Source: Camelus ferus (Eukaryota). From it: a stretch of DNA of 64,000 nucleotides. Both the position numbers and the translations under genes were made by a program. Location of the stretch: assembly GCF_009834535.1 (NCBI RefSeq), contig NC_045697.1, forward strand, positions 52,206,001-52,270,000. Direction: 5' to 3'. Positions 51,272 to 62,758 of the stretch are shown here, piece by piece. Every line of letters starts with the position of its first letter. The stretch's first letter is position 1. The notes beneath the pieces are model-generated. The model searched no databases and was not told where the DNA came from. It saw only the letters and a program-made list of their open reading frames with translations.

Positions 51272-53109
51272 TGTTATAAAAACAACAATAATGACCAGCA
51301 CAGGCTAGCGCTGCTGCACGTCGTAGGTCACCTGCATGTGCCACGATCCATCTGTTTTGCCATAAAGACGATGTGGATGGATTCAACTTTGATGTGATGA
51401 AGTCTACTGCCCCTCCATCTGATTAGCCTTTTGTAGGATTCCAGCAGTTCTTCCTGGGATGGGCTCCTGTGGCACTACCATGATTTACTACCTTAACCAG
51501 ATTGTAGGGTGGGAGTGGGAGGTGGGTGGCGATTTCAGAGAATCTCACGGGGCCTTTCTTAACAGGCTAGCTCTTACTCCACAGGGGCGGGAACCAAAGT
51601 AATGGTTCTAGCATCTCCCGAGGATAGCTACCACAATTACGCACTCAGGAACTGAAGAAATGACCACAGACAGGTCGTGGGCTGGGCCTACTGTGAGTTG
51701 ATGTGAGCCAGGACTTCATTTGTTTCTTGGCCCTTCTACTGAGCAGCTCTAACAAGGGTGCCATGACAGCATTTTGAGGCCTCTGATATTAGCACTGGCT
51801 CAGCCTCCTTATTCCAATAATCCTCACAAGATCTGAGTGTTTCCACAACCCCAGTATACAGTGCATTGGTAGGTGGCTATAGAGCCCCTTGGTAATACAC
51901 TGGTAACCAGCTTCTGGAAATATATGTTGTGGTAATATATAGTTCTTCATCAGGTGGAATGGCCTCCTCTTTGCTTTGAAGAAGTTGACTTCAGTCCTTT
52001 ACTTACAAGGTCTTAAAATGATTTGGTTTTATAATTCGAGCAGCCCTCTCATTGGCTGCCCATCTCCATTGGTCTAAGCATCCATAGTCCATTAGCCATC
52101 GTCACAGATCCCTATAACATCAAGGCCCCTAGGTGCATGTGAATGTGCTGCCCATTCCAGTAATTATGACCACCTTGCCTCTGGTGGTTAAGTGCCACCG
52201 TTGGGTCTCCTCTATTCTGGAATCCTATCACCCCACTGATACTACAGAGTTAGCTCCACAGTAGCAACTCCTATTGTCAACTTGCTTACAGAGGACAGCC
52301 GTCACTGAGCTTCTCAGTGACGCCAGTGCCCCCCACACCAGTGCATTCTTCATTGCTTAAGTGACAGAAGTGTCCCCTGCCTTCTACAGGGGAACACAGT
52401 CAGCTGTTTATGTAATAAATTTATTCTAGCATGGCCATGTCTCTTGAGCCTTCTGATCCCTTGCTCAGTTGTCTACCAAAGCAGTTACAGCATCTCCACC
52501 TCTTTGACTGTGGCATTGTTATATCCATATTTCAAGGAGTGAAAGGAATAGTGTATTAGGACCATCCAAGTGTTATTGCCAGTATGTTAAATCCTGAATC
52601 ATGAGAAAGTATCTCCATAGCAATAAACTCTTCATCCAGTTTTATATTTGGCCTCTGCCCCCAACATACACTATTCCCATACTCGCTCTCCCAGCTCCTG
52701 TCAGTGGTAGCCATATTTTACAGCTTTTTAAGTAATAATCCACTTCCTTCAATCACAGAGACTGTATTTCCTTCTTCCTTTCACTCTAAGACTGGACCCC
52801 AGCTATTGGCCTAGAAACAATGAGAAAGGTGAAAGCAGATGTTGAGGAAGGCAAGTATCATCTCAGAAGTCCTCAGGTAAGCAAGCCTTTGCACAGTTTT
52901 CAGACAACAGGAGAGGATAGCCAGAGAGAGGGGCTGCTTCTGCCAACATTTAGGGCTCCTGGAAGCCTCATAATGGCAAATATTATGCCAAGATTACCAC
53001 CCTAGTTAGGATCAACAATGGGATCTTTATTTTTATCTGATGCAGAAAATGATCAAATTCCAGACTCTCATTCTTAGGGTCTTTTTTCTAGGACACTTTT
53101 CATACCAAT
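51272..53109 (-). mobile_element. ERVL-class provirus internal remnant (gag, pro, RT N-terminus), heavily decayed
   Basis: Minus strand 52198-52148 reads VALNHQRQGGHNYWNGQ (ERVL Gag-like). Minus strand 51358-51323 reads KTDGSWHMQVTY (ERVL RT KTDGSWRMTVDY-like). Confidence 0.8.
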
Positions 53110-53516
53110 TGTTTTAGAGTCTGAGTCAAGGATTTGGATGCAAATCATTCTCTTGGGAAATACTTCTAGGAAGCATGTTAAAGGTGGTGGGAATTGTGAA
53201 AGAGAATGGGAGAAATCAAATAAACAGAATGTTAAAGTGCAGGTTTTCACAGTGAGCAACTGAGCTTCTCTGAAACACTATAAAATATACCTCAGAAGTG
53301 TCCTGTCAAGGGACAAAGAAGTTGAAGTATCTGTCCACAAACTCCTGACTCTCATTGTTTGTTGGCTAATAGGACTTAACTCTCAGCCCCCTTCAGGCCC
53401 ATCCCCAGGGAGAGGTCAAACATGCTCCCTCACTCAGTTAGGCAGAAATAGTAGGTTTGTTTAATCCACAGAAGCTGCAGTGAGATTCAGGTGGTCTACT
53501 GACAGCACCTGCTACA
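53110..53516 (-). mobile_element. 5' LTR (LTR16-like) of the ERVL remnant
   Basis: Reverse begins tgtagcaggtgctgtc and ends gatttgcatccaaatccttgactcagactctaaaaca. It runs straight into attggta..., an ERVL internal start. Confidence 0.75.
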
Positions 53517-53722
53517 TATGCTACCAGACACTGAAAATCTCTCTCCTGCCTTAAAAAAAAAGGTGTCAATTATGTTTTTTAATATGCACAAGAATAAATG
53601 TAATTTTAAAAAATTTTTATCCACTTCCTACCTAAAAATCTTGTTTTATTCTACTATTAATATGCATCCTGCACATTGGAAAAGACTGTAATGAACAACC
53701 ACTGAAGAATTGTTATTTATGG

Positions 53723-53939
53723 GAGAAAGAGGAGAGGGAGGGATAATTGGAAGTTTGGGATTGACTGATACAAACTACTATGTACAGAATAGAAAAACAA
53801 CAAGGTCCTACTGTACAGCACAGGGAACTATATTCAATGGCTTGTAGTAACCTGTAATAAAAAAAGAATATGAAAAGTATGCTCTATACCAGAAGCTAAC
53901 ACAACATTCTAAATCAAAAAATTAAAAATACAAAGAAAA
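53723..53939 (+). mobile_element. L1 3' tail with 18-bp TSD
   Basis: gggataattggaagtttgggattgactgatac...caacaaggtcctactgtacagcacagggaac. TSD aagaattgttatttatgg 53705-53722 / aagaattgctatctatgg 53940-53957. Confidence 0.9.
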
Positions 53940-54029
53940 AAGAATTGCTATCTATGGATACAATTAGATAGATATTATAAAAACTATAGATATTAGATAT
54001 GGATAAAATTGTATATATAATAACTCTGT

Positions 54030-54245
54030 AACAGAGATGATGAATTGAAAGGAAGAAGGACTACATGTGTTTGCAGGGAAACCAGCTGGGAGGCTATTAT
54101 AATCCCCAGAGCACTAACCAAGGTAGTAACTGGGGGTAAGATGGAGAAACGGACAGTTTTGAAATATCTTAATGAGACAGAGTTTATAGAGCTCATTGAC
54201 TAGCAGAATGCGGGTATTGGATGAGTAGAGGAATCAAAATACAGT
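54030..54245 (-). mobile_element. L2 fragment
   Basis: gcagggaaaccagctgggaggctattataatccc...gatggagaaacggacagttttgaaatatct...gaggaatcaaa. Confidence 0.7.
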
Positions 54246-54597
54246 TAGTGTCTTTTCCCTTTCTTTAGATATGCAAGTTAAGTATTTAAGAGCAATTAAC
54301 TGAAAGAGAAATTACAGATATCTTCATAAAAATCTAGTTTAAAATTCAGTGTAAGAATTTCTAATAACTCTTCAGATTATTTTGTTATTTTCCAAAGTTT
54401 AGAACCGTGGCCTAATATAATACTGCCAGAATTCCTTCTTAAAAGATTTTTGAGTGTCTTTAACTGGCCTACAGGTATCAATAGCCACAACATCACCTAT
54501 TTTAGGTGTTCAAAGTTTCTGTGTGGAAATGTATAAATTCATATTAGCATGAAACAAAAAGGTTAACTGTGCATCTATCAGATTTCCAGTAACTACC

Positions 54598-54612
54598 TTG
54601 GCAAAAAGCCAA
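54598..54612. promoter_or_regulatory. Perfect NFI palindromic motif
   Basis: TTGGCAAAAAGCCAA matches TTGGC(N5)GCCAA. Confidence 0.45.
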
Positions 54613-55194
54613 ATAGTGTGTTAACCATTGTCAGACACCATTCTGAGCAGAACTTTCCAGCAGAAGGAGGTGAACTGAGAGAAGCAATTAAAAACACCCC
54701 CCCAAAAATCCAAATGCCAAAATATAAATGCTTCCTATTCTTTCTAATAAGCACTCAATGAATATCAATTGAGGCAGCTCCAGAATGAAGCAGGATGGAT
54801 TCACAGCTGGCCATTTAAACTTATTAATTGCCACACATTAAACTCACAATATGGTACAACCTGGTTGCCACATCACTAACACAAACCAGCTGTGATATAT
54901 TCTTTCCACTTGAGAGACTGCACCATTCAACAGAAGACTATATCTTTTTCAACCTTGCATGAAGATTTTTTGCAACAAAAAAAATTTTAACAAAAACAGG
55001 TCACTTTTTCTCCAGCTGCCTAATGACTGAAAAGGTTAAAAATATCATTAAATTTAAACAGAAATAAAAAGCATAGATTTGGTATGAGAGGAGTTATTGA
55101 CATTTTAAGGATAGTGATTTTAAAATTATATATCCTGGAAAGATCTTCAAGAAAAATGGAAACAAGTGTTTATTTCTGACTGGTTTAATATAGC

Positions 55195-55300
55195 TTAATT
55201 CATTCAACAAATATTTATGGAGTATCTATTTTATGTTTGACTGTCACTTTCTCTGAATGCTGGGGACGTAGCCATGATTAAGACAAAGTGTATCTTCTGA
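55195..55300 (-). mobile_element. L2 3' end
   Basis: attcattcaacaaatatttatggagtatcta...tgctggggacgtagccatgattaagacaaag. Confidence 0.75.
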
Positions 55301-55302
55301 AC

Positions 55303-55495
55303 ACCACAGTGATAAATATTTAACTGGTTCTCCAGAGGGAAAAGTTCTGATTTGTAGACTTCACTGATACCTATAGTGTAAATACTCCTGTCATGGCCAA
55401 TTTCAAGCTACTTACATGACATCACTGAGGAGCTGGTAAGTGATGCACACAGCTGACTTTCAGGAGCCAGTAGGAGCCAGCTCTACCACACCTCT
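55303..55495 (-). mobile_element. hAT-Blackjack MITE (MER63-like)
   Basis: ctgatttgtag...gtgtaaatactcctgtcatggccaatttcaagctac...tgacatcactga...gagccagctctaccacacc. Confidence 0.75.
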
Positions 55496-55570
55496 GGAAC
55501 ACTGGGATGATGGGCTGTCTCAAAAAAAGAGGGTGGTTGGATTATGTAGAAAATATAAGTTTCGAAAAAC

Positions 55571-55613
55571 ACTGTATCCCTTTAATGTATACTATATCCC
55601 TTTAATGTATACT
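55571..55613. repeat. 20-bp tandem duplication
   Basis: actgtatccctttaatgtat / actatatccctttaatgtat / act. Confidence 0.93.
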
Positions 55614-56187
55614 CTAGCCTTCTCTTAGAAGCTATCCAAACACAGCCCAATAACAAGTTCTACAATAAAGACTTACTTAGAATGATCTAGCCAGTGTTTC
55701 TCAAAATGACCCCAGAACTAGTTTGACAGTTTGGATAATCTTTAAACTACATAATCAGCCCTTGAAGTTGGTGCATCTGACTGTGAAGGACTTAAATGTG
55801 AGGCTCTCAAAATTCTCAGAACTGGCAGGGGCAGATACACCTTAACATAGCCAGAATGACATTTCCCAAGTGATTACGTACTCTAAAGACATGCAGAATC
55901 TACTCCAGGGGTCATTGGTTCTTATCACCAAGATTTGTTTTAGCCACTGTTTATGCTATTTCTCAGTCATTCAAAGAAATGATCAGATTATGTCTTCTTT
56001 TGTGAACTACAAAAATTCTTTAATTTTCTTTTCCGAAATTCTTCCTTGTCATCCATTTAAGGCTGATAGAATAAAAATAAATAAATTAAATAAAAATCAA
56101 ACTAAACCAGTCATTTTTTTTATAACAGCTTGACAATAAAAATAACAACTTAGATTTCAAAAATATTGATTAAAAGACTATGCTTGG

Positions 56188-56887
56188 CTGTTATGGAAAA
56201 CAGTATGGAGATTCCTCAAAAAACTAAAAATAGACTTACCATATGATTCAGAAATCCCACTCCTGGGCATATATCCAGAGGGAATCTTAATTCAAAAAGA
56301 CACCTGCACCCCAATGTTCATAGCAACACTATTTTCAATAGCCAAGACATGGAAACAACCTAAATGTCCATCAACAGACAACTGGATAAAGAAGTTGTGG
56401 TATATTTATACAATGGAATACTATTCAGCCATAAAAGGAATAAAATAACGCCATTTGCAGCAACATAGATGGACCTGGAGAATGTCATTCTAAGTGACAT
56501 AAGCCAGAGAGAGAAAGAAAAATACCATATGATATTACTCATATGTGGAATCTTTAAAAAAAAGGACAGGTGAACTTATTTACAAAACAGAAAGACTCAC
56601 AAACATAGAAGACAAACTTATGGTTACCAGGTGGGGAAAGGGGTAGGAAGGGATAAATTAGGAGTTTGAGATTTGTGGATACTAACTAATATACATAAAA
56701 TAGATAAACAAGTTTATACTGTATAGCACAGGGAACTATATTCAATATCTTGTAGTAACTTATGGTATAAAAGAATATGAAAATGAATATATGTATGTTC
56801 CTATATGACTGAAGTATTGTGCTGCACACCAGAAATTGACATAACATTGTAAACTGACTATACTTCAATAAAAATATATTTTTTTTT
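56188..56887 (+). mobile_element. Young 5'-truncated L1 with 16-bp TSD
   Basis: tatggaaaacagtatggagattcctcaaaaaactaaaaatagacttacc...3' UTR...aataaa. TSD aaaagactatgcttgg 56172-56187 / aaaaaactatgcttgg 56888-56903. Confidence 0.95.
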
Positions 56888-59321
56888 AAAAAACTATGCT
56901 TGGATCAATAATTGAGCCCTTTTTCTGACCAAAAAAATAACTGAGGAATTGTGATAAGTCACTTACACTTTTATAACAAACAAAATTATGGAGAAACTTG
57001 AGCACTGACTTTTTTAACTTCATATTAAAAAACAGAAAAACACTGAGACCCAAAGCAATGACTTACACTAAAAAAATATCTAGTAGTGACTTTGTGTGGC
57101 AGGTTTAGAATTTGTATAATTCTGAAAGTCCATATTCTAACAAATAATGAAGTTTTCCATTTGAGGCTTGAAGAGAATTCCAAAATGGGGAAAGCCTCTT
57201 GGGAAATAATATTTTTCTCTATCTTCCTAGCTACCTACCTACCTATCTATCTGAGTTTTGCTATAGGATCAAGATGCTAAAAGACACAATATGTTTAAAT
57301 ACAATCATAAAAACATTTCTAGACATTTTAAAAAGAATTTTTGCATATATTTAGCCTTTTAAGAAAATTGTCCTAAATATCATTTATGGAAATCACAATG
57401 ATTCAGCCTTGGGGCTCTGGAAAATGAGGTCTCAAGAACAAACTGCATAAATGATAAAACATGATGCTACATCAAATATGTGAATTTGATTCAGTAAATT
57501 TTTACTAAGAACATGCTATGAAAGAGGATCTGTACATGAAGGGGAACCAATCCCTACACGTCAAGAGTTCAAGTCGGTCAGAAGCTGAAGTGCTTTAAAA
57601 TATTTTGATGATAATTTTTCCAAGGGAAACATTGACAATGAAATAAATATTTGCCATGTAAAGTAGAAGATCAAGTTAACAATCTAAAAATAAGTTTGGT
57701 TAAAGACAATCCATGCAAATTTGGCTTTATCAGCACTGATGAGTTTAAGCTGGAGAGTTAAATTATTGACACCACTCCTACAGTTTTTACTAACTTATGA
57801 AATGAAATCACTGCCCAGAATAGAACCTACCAAATATTACTGTAGAATGCTGACCTCATCCGTCTTGGTAATGATAGTTATTCTCCAAAATCTTTTGAAA
57901 CAATTGATTGTGGCCTTTTAAAATTCTATTTAAAAGGTTTTCTGTTACAAAATAGACATATTTGAATGAAATATTGCCCCTATGCTTTCTGACCATTTTT
58001 TTTTTTCCTCATAAAAGTGAAATTTGTTATCTATTTCCTCTCTGGTTGCTAGGATAAAATGTTTCCTTAAGGCTGCTAATACTAGTAACAACAACAGCTG
58101 GTGAATCTAATTTGCATTTAAATGAACAATTCACCACTATGTCCTTCAAGTCCCAGGATGCTCCTGATGGATTCTCTGTGCACAGATGCAGTAGTAGCTG
58201 CAAGATGGATACACAGGCAACAGTACAGTCTAAAAGCTGTATCTTTTGTTAATGGATCAGTCACTCTACGAAGGGCTGCTGATATATGCACCACACTTTT
58301 GAAAAAACAATCATCCCAGATCTGATGTCGGATCTCCATGCCAGACTTCCTATATTTTCTTTCTATATTTCAGGCTGTTTAAGGTTGATTTCAACAAGAA
58401 TTGGTCTGAGTTATTTTACCAAACAAAAGATTTACCAAAAATCCTTTATCCCTGGCCAAGGCATGAAACATGATTATGATGTTACTCTGTACCCATGGGT
58501 CCAAGGAATTTCAGGGAAGTTTGTACCAAATTTACAGCATTGTTTATTAATAACAGTGAGACTGATGATTTGTACCTAATCTTCATGAGACCCCTGGAAG
58601 TCTCTGCTATTGGTGTTGCCAGTAGTGACAGACAGGTTTCAGTATTTTTCAATCTACAGTTTGCAAGAGAAACATACAACATAGCAACATCATTAAAATG
58701 CTTTTGGTGCTCGTTACACAGCAGGTATAAGAAACCATATCCAAGACTCCCTTCTAGTCTTTTTGTTCTGAGATGTTCAGCTCACATATCAGTGGTTTCT
58801 GACCTAAGGGAACAACTGCATCTATCAAGCCTTTAAAGAGGTAGGGCAATTGGAACCCCTCCTGGCCACTTTGGACCCCTAATATCAGTGAGACAGCTTT
58901 AGACTGTGATGTATATTCTTACTCTTAAGTTTTAAAATTCTCCTTAATAATTGCCTTTAAAAGGAATCAATCACCTTTTCATAATTATAAATTACTGCCT
59001 GCTTATCAAAAGGCTTGGAGACTATAAAAAATTCTACTGAACAAAAGTGAAGTTACCCATAATCTTACAATTGAGAAATAACTATTCTTAAGAGTTTGAG
59101 TCTTCCTCACCTCTTCTCTGCCAGATTTTCTCTTTACTTTATTGAGAACACATGCTCATAAGAATTTTATATTCTGCTTTTCTTCAGGTAGCCTTGATAA
59201 CATTAGCATAACTCTTAGTAATGTCATTTTATTGACTACATAATATTATACCATATGGATATCACATCATCATCAAAAGAGCCATATAATTGAAATTTTC
59301 ATTTATTGTTATCTTTCTGCT

Positions 59322-60260
59322 TGCTGACTTAAAGAAAAACACACAGCATGAGAGTTGTGAGTTTAAGTTTTATTCAAGGTCTTACTGAGGACGACAGCCC
59401 AGGAGATGGCTCTGAGAAACTGTTCTGAAGAGGCAGAGGAATGCTAACTAAAAATTGGCACTTGCCATCTGCCTCTGCAAGGGTTGGAGCACATTGGCAC
59501 TTGCCATCTACCTCTGCTTGGATTAAACCATGAGCTGCTGCAGCCGCTGACCTCCAGCACACCCTGAAAGGAGTTCAGGGTGGAGGTCAGAAATGAGGCA
59601 CTCCGTGCTCTGGGAACACTGGCTGAACAGGCCTTCAGATAGTTAGATATTTTCAGGAGAAGATTTTATGACCCCAATTCTTGCATCTCCTCATATCTAT
59701 AAAAGCACTAAAATCTTCAATGGTGACATCTGCTCCTTGTGACTAGCAGCAAGCCTTTGCCTAAATGTGTGCTCGACTGCATGTCCCCCCTTCACTGAAG
59801 TCATATATAATATTGAGTTCTCCCTCTGCCTCTCAGAACTCTCTGGGATGCTGTCTCCAGGACTATAGTCCTCATTTTGCCCCCAACAAAACTTAGCCCA
59901 CAACTCTCACATTGTGTGATTTTATTTCAGTTGACAGGAGGAACTGGTATATATGCAAATTTTTTTGCTAGGAAATACAGATAGTCAAGCATACATCTTG
60001 ATGAAAGATAACTGCTAATTACAAAGAACAAATATCTCAAGTTAATTTTTGTGCTTCTCTATGTATGAGAAAATGCAAGAATCTGGGGCAATTGAAATCC
60101 TTCCTGAGATATACACCTTAACTACCTACAGATCCTTTATCCAAAGCACAGAATGTTTCATCTTTTTTTTTCACCCTGAATCCCCCTCATGGCAGTGGGT
60201 TGCAACTTAACCCTTGTAAAACTGGATGCTGAGTGACACTCTTTGTTCTTTTTGTTTATT
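59322..60260 (-). mobile_element. ERV1-class solo LTR (outer), split by a related LTR
   Basis: The reverse of the left end reads aataaaacttaaactcacaactctcatgctgtgtgtttttctttaagtcagca (poly-A signal and CA end). It continues after 59940 with text that parallels the inner LTR. Confidence 0.75.
59442..59936 (+). mobile_element. ERV1-class solo LTR (inner)
   Basis: Inverted termini TGCTAACT...AGTTGACA. Flanks ggaa/ggag resemble a 4-bp TSD with one mismatch. Internal 25-bp duplication. Confidence 0.85.
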
Positions 60261-60804
60261 CTTTATAAATAGTTATGAAACTTTTGTGCATAAAACTGTA
60301 TCATATTTCATCCATAGCTTTTAGATAAATCTCTAAAATTATAGACTTCAACAAAGAATGCAAACATTCTTAAGGTTGTAGTTTTAATTTTAATAATTAA
60401 TTTCCAAAAAAAGAATATCTGCATTTACATTCAAAAAAAAAAAACTGAAGGAATACGTTACCAATGTAGTCACATATTTTGGAAATATTTATTCCTTCTC
60501 CATATATCTAATGGAATAAATTTTGTTTGCCTTTTATACTTTTGGCTCACAGACATTTTATGTTTTTATATAATCAAATCTATTATCTTTCTGATTTCAT
60601 GCACTACTTTTAAGTCTCACAAATCTTTCTCATACAGACATTTGATGACGTGTTAATTCCTATTTTCTTCTAGACTTTTTACAATCTGATTTTTCACATT
60701 AAACTCTTCAAGCATTTAAAGTGTTTCCCCAAATAATTAACTAATTTTCATAGCACCACTTATTGAAAAACCTTAATATATGGTAACATATATTTCCTGT
60801 ACCT

Positions 60805-61475
60805 TGTGGGAAAACAGATCTTCCCTGGATTTCTCAGTGTTCCTGCAAAATCCTGGCATCCTGAGCCATTGATACATTTTAAAAATTGAGATTATTTTGT
60901 TTTACTTTCACCAGAAAAAAAAACAAACTGCTTTTCACTTGCCTGAGTATTAGATATCTGGCCATCTGTCTTCTTAATGGTGGAGCCTATTGCTCCCAAG
61001 CAAAGGGTCATAAACCTTTTATCCCTAAGAGTCCAAAGTTTCCATTCCAGGATAGGCATCTGAATTAAAGGAAAGGGAGACTGAATACATCTAGACTCCT
61101 GGAGGAATTTAGACTGTTATCTATGTGTTTACATTTCAAAAGAGAATTCTGGGTTGTAAATTTTAGGAACTGGTCTTACCTTCCCTCTAAAGAGATGTAT
61201 TTGCATTCCAAAGGTAAGAACTCAGATTCCCTCCCATTCTCCCAGGAGGAAAAGGCAGATGTAGTCCCCTTCTGGGTAAGGAGAGAAATTCATAGTTCTG
61301 GGTCCCTAGCCAGCAATTCAATCCCACAGCACCTGTAGGATTTATCCATCTACCTCTTATGTCATCTGTGGGTTCAGGCTTGGGCAGGGGGTGAGGGGGG
61401 ATGACTCTGGGAACAGTTACAGCTGTGAGTGAAAAAAAACTGTCATCTCTGACGAAGGATCTGCAGATGTTTCTA
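60805..61475 (+). mobile_element. Probable old ERVL-type LTR, family uncertain
   Basis: Composition shifts inside the reverse L1. Starts tgtgggaaaacagatcttccctggatttctcag and ends gctgtgagtgaaaaaaaactgtcatctctgac, a decayed poly-A/U5-like region. Confidence 0.45.
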
Positions 61476-62156
61476 TATACATATTTGTGTGTGTGTATAA
61501 TTATGTAACTTCACAGCTTTTGACTTAACACAGATTACATTTTTAAGCCTCTTGAATCTCCTTCTGGCTATTTTTCTGTCTATCATTGTCACTTAATTAT
61601 TTTAGCTTTATAATAATTTATAGTATGTGATAAATTTCACATAACCAGTGGTTTTTTTCTAATTTTAAGCAACTCTCATCCATCCTTTTTTCCACAAAAT
61701 TTTAGAATCCCTTCATCAAAATCTGAAAAGTTGAAATTTTTATTATGCTTATAGCAATTGGTAGATAATTAACACTTTACAATATGTAGTTCCCTATCCA
61801 GAAACATGGTATATGTCTCTATTAGAATTTTTATGTCTCAGTTTTGTAGTTTTCTGTATGCAAATTCAATCATTTCTATGTGATATTGTTAAGAATTCAG
61901 TGTTCCTATTGCTGATGTGTATATAATCTTATTTTTCACTGTGCTTTTTATCATTGTTGATATGACTATAAAATAATCTTATAGCCAGTCTTTTTTTTTT
62001 TAACTTGTTAATTTTTATTGATTTTTGGCTGATAAATTTAAGTTTTTAACTATCCTATTATATCCACTGCATATAACCATTCAGTTCTATTTTAAGGTTT
62101 TTAGCATTGAAAAGAATTTCTATAATTCATTTAATAGTAATAGTGATCTGTCCAAC

Positions 62157-62758
62157 TGAGACAGGAAGGGGGCAGGGTACAGCCATGCAAGGACTGCTAC
62201 GGCAATTAACATCAAAATGGTGAGAGATTCAACCCCCAGTAGGCCTTGAGGCTCAAGGTGGTGGGAGATCTGTCTTCTAGCAGATCTTGAGCTTCAATAT
62301 ATGCTCACTGTAATATATTAACATGGTGAATAACATGCCCACAGGCACCATGGCAGTCCCAAGGCTAGCCACAAAAGCTCAAAGAGTGGGAAATGGCCAA
62401 CTTCCTGGGAATCCCAGCCCCTTCCCCAGACAAGTTAGACTGGTCCTTCCATTTATTAGCGTATGAAGCCACTGAGCCCATAAAAGCTGGCAACACGGTG
62501 CTTGCGGCTGCCGCTCTGTCTGTGGAGTATGTACCTACTTTTACTCTAGTATGAGCACACAATCCTCACACCTCGTGGCCTTTCTCTTGCCTTTCAATGT
62601 ATCTCTGTATAAATCTACCTTTACTCAACTGTGGCTTGCTCTTGAAGTCTTTCCTGCATGAAGCCAAGGACCCACACTTGGAGGGGCACATCCCAGGGGC
62701 TCAACCAAAGCCTGGGACACGGCCCTCCTCATGCCCCACATCCATTTTTCCTGCATCA
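62157..62758 (+). mobile_element. Complete ERV1 solo LTR (MER41-like), 602 bp, with perfect 4-bp TSD
   Basis: Termini TGAGACAGGAA...TTCCTGCATCA. TSD caac 62153-62156 / 62759-62762. MER41-like text cccacaggcaccatggcagt, gctctgtctgtggagta and ctcttgaagtctttcctgcatgaagccaaggaccc. Confidence 0.85.

Larger units (their letters stand above)
58965..62150 (-). mobile_element. Very old L1 (L1ME-like) fragments interrupted by LTRs (about 58965-59320, 60260-60800 and 61520-62150)
   Basis: T-rich reverse L1 text: ttattgactacataatattataccatatggata; tagcaccacttattgaa; ccctatccagaaacatggtatatgtctc. Confidence 0.6.

Noticed and set aside
57703..57720. SOX-like ACAAT next to octamer ATGCAAAT
   Set aside because: The orientation does not match the canonical SOX-OCT composite.
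59454..59517. 25-bp duplicated unit attggcacttgccatct(g/a)cctctgc resembling NFI sites
   Set aside because: The spacing is N4, not the canonical N5, and tandem U3 repeats are common in LTRs.
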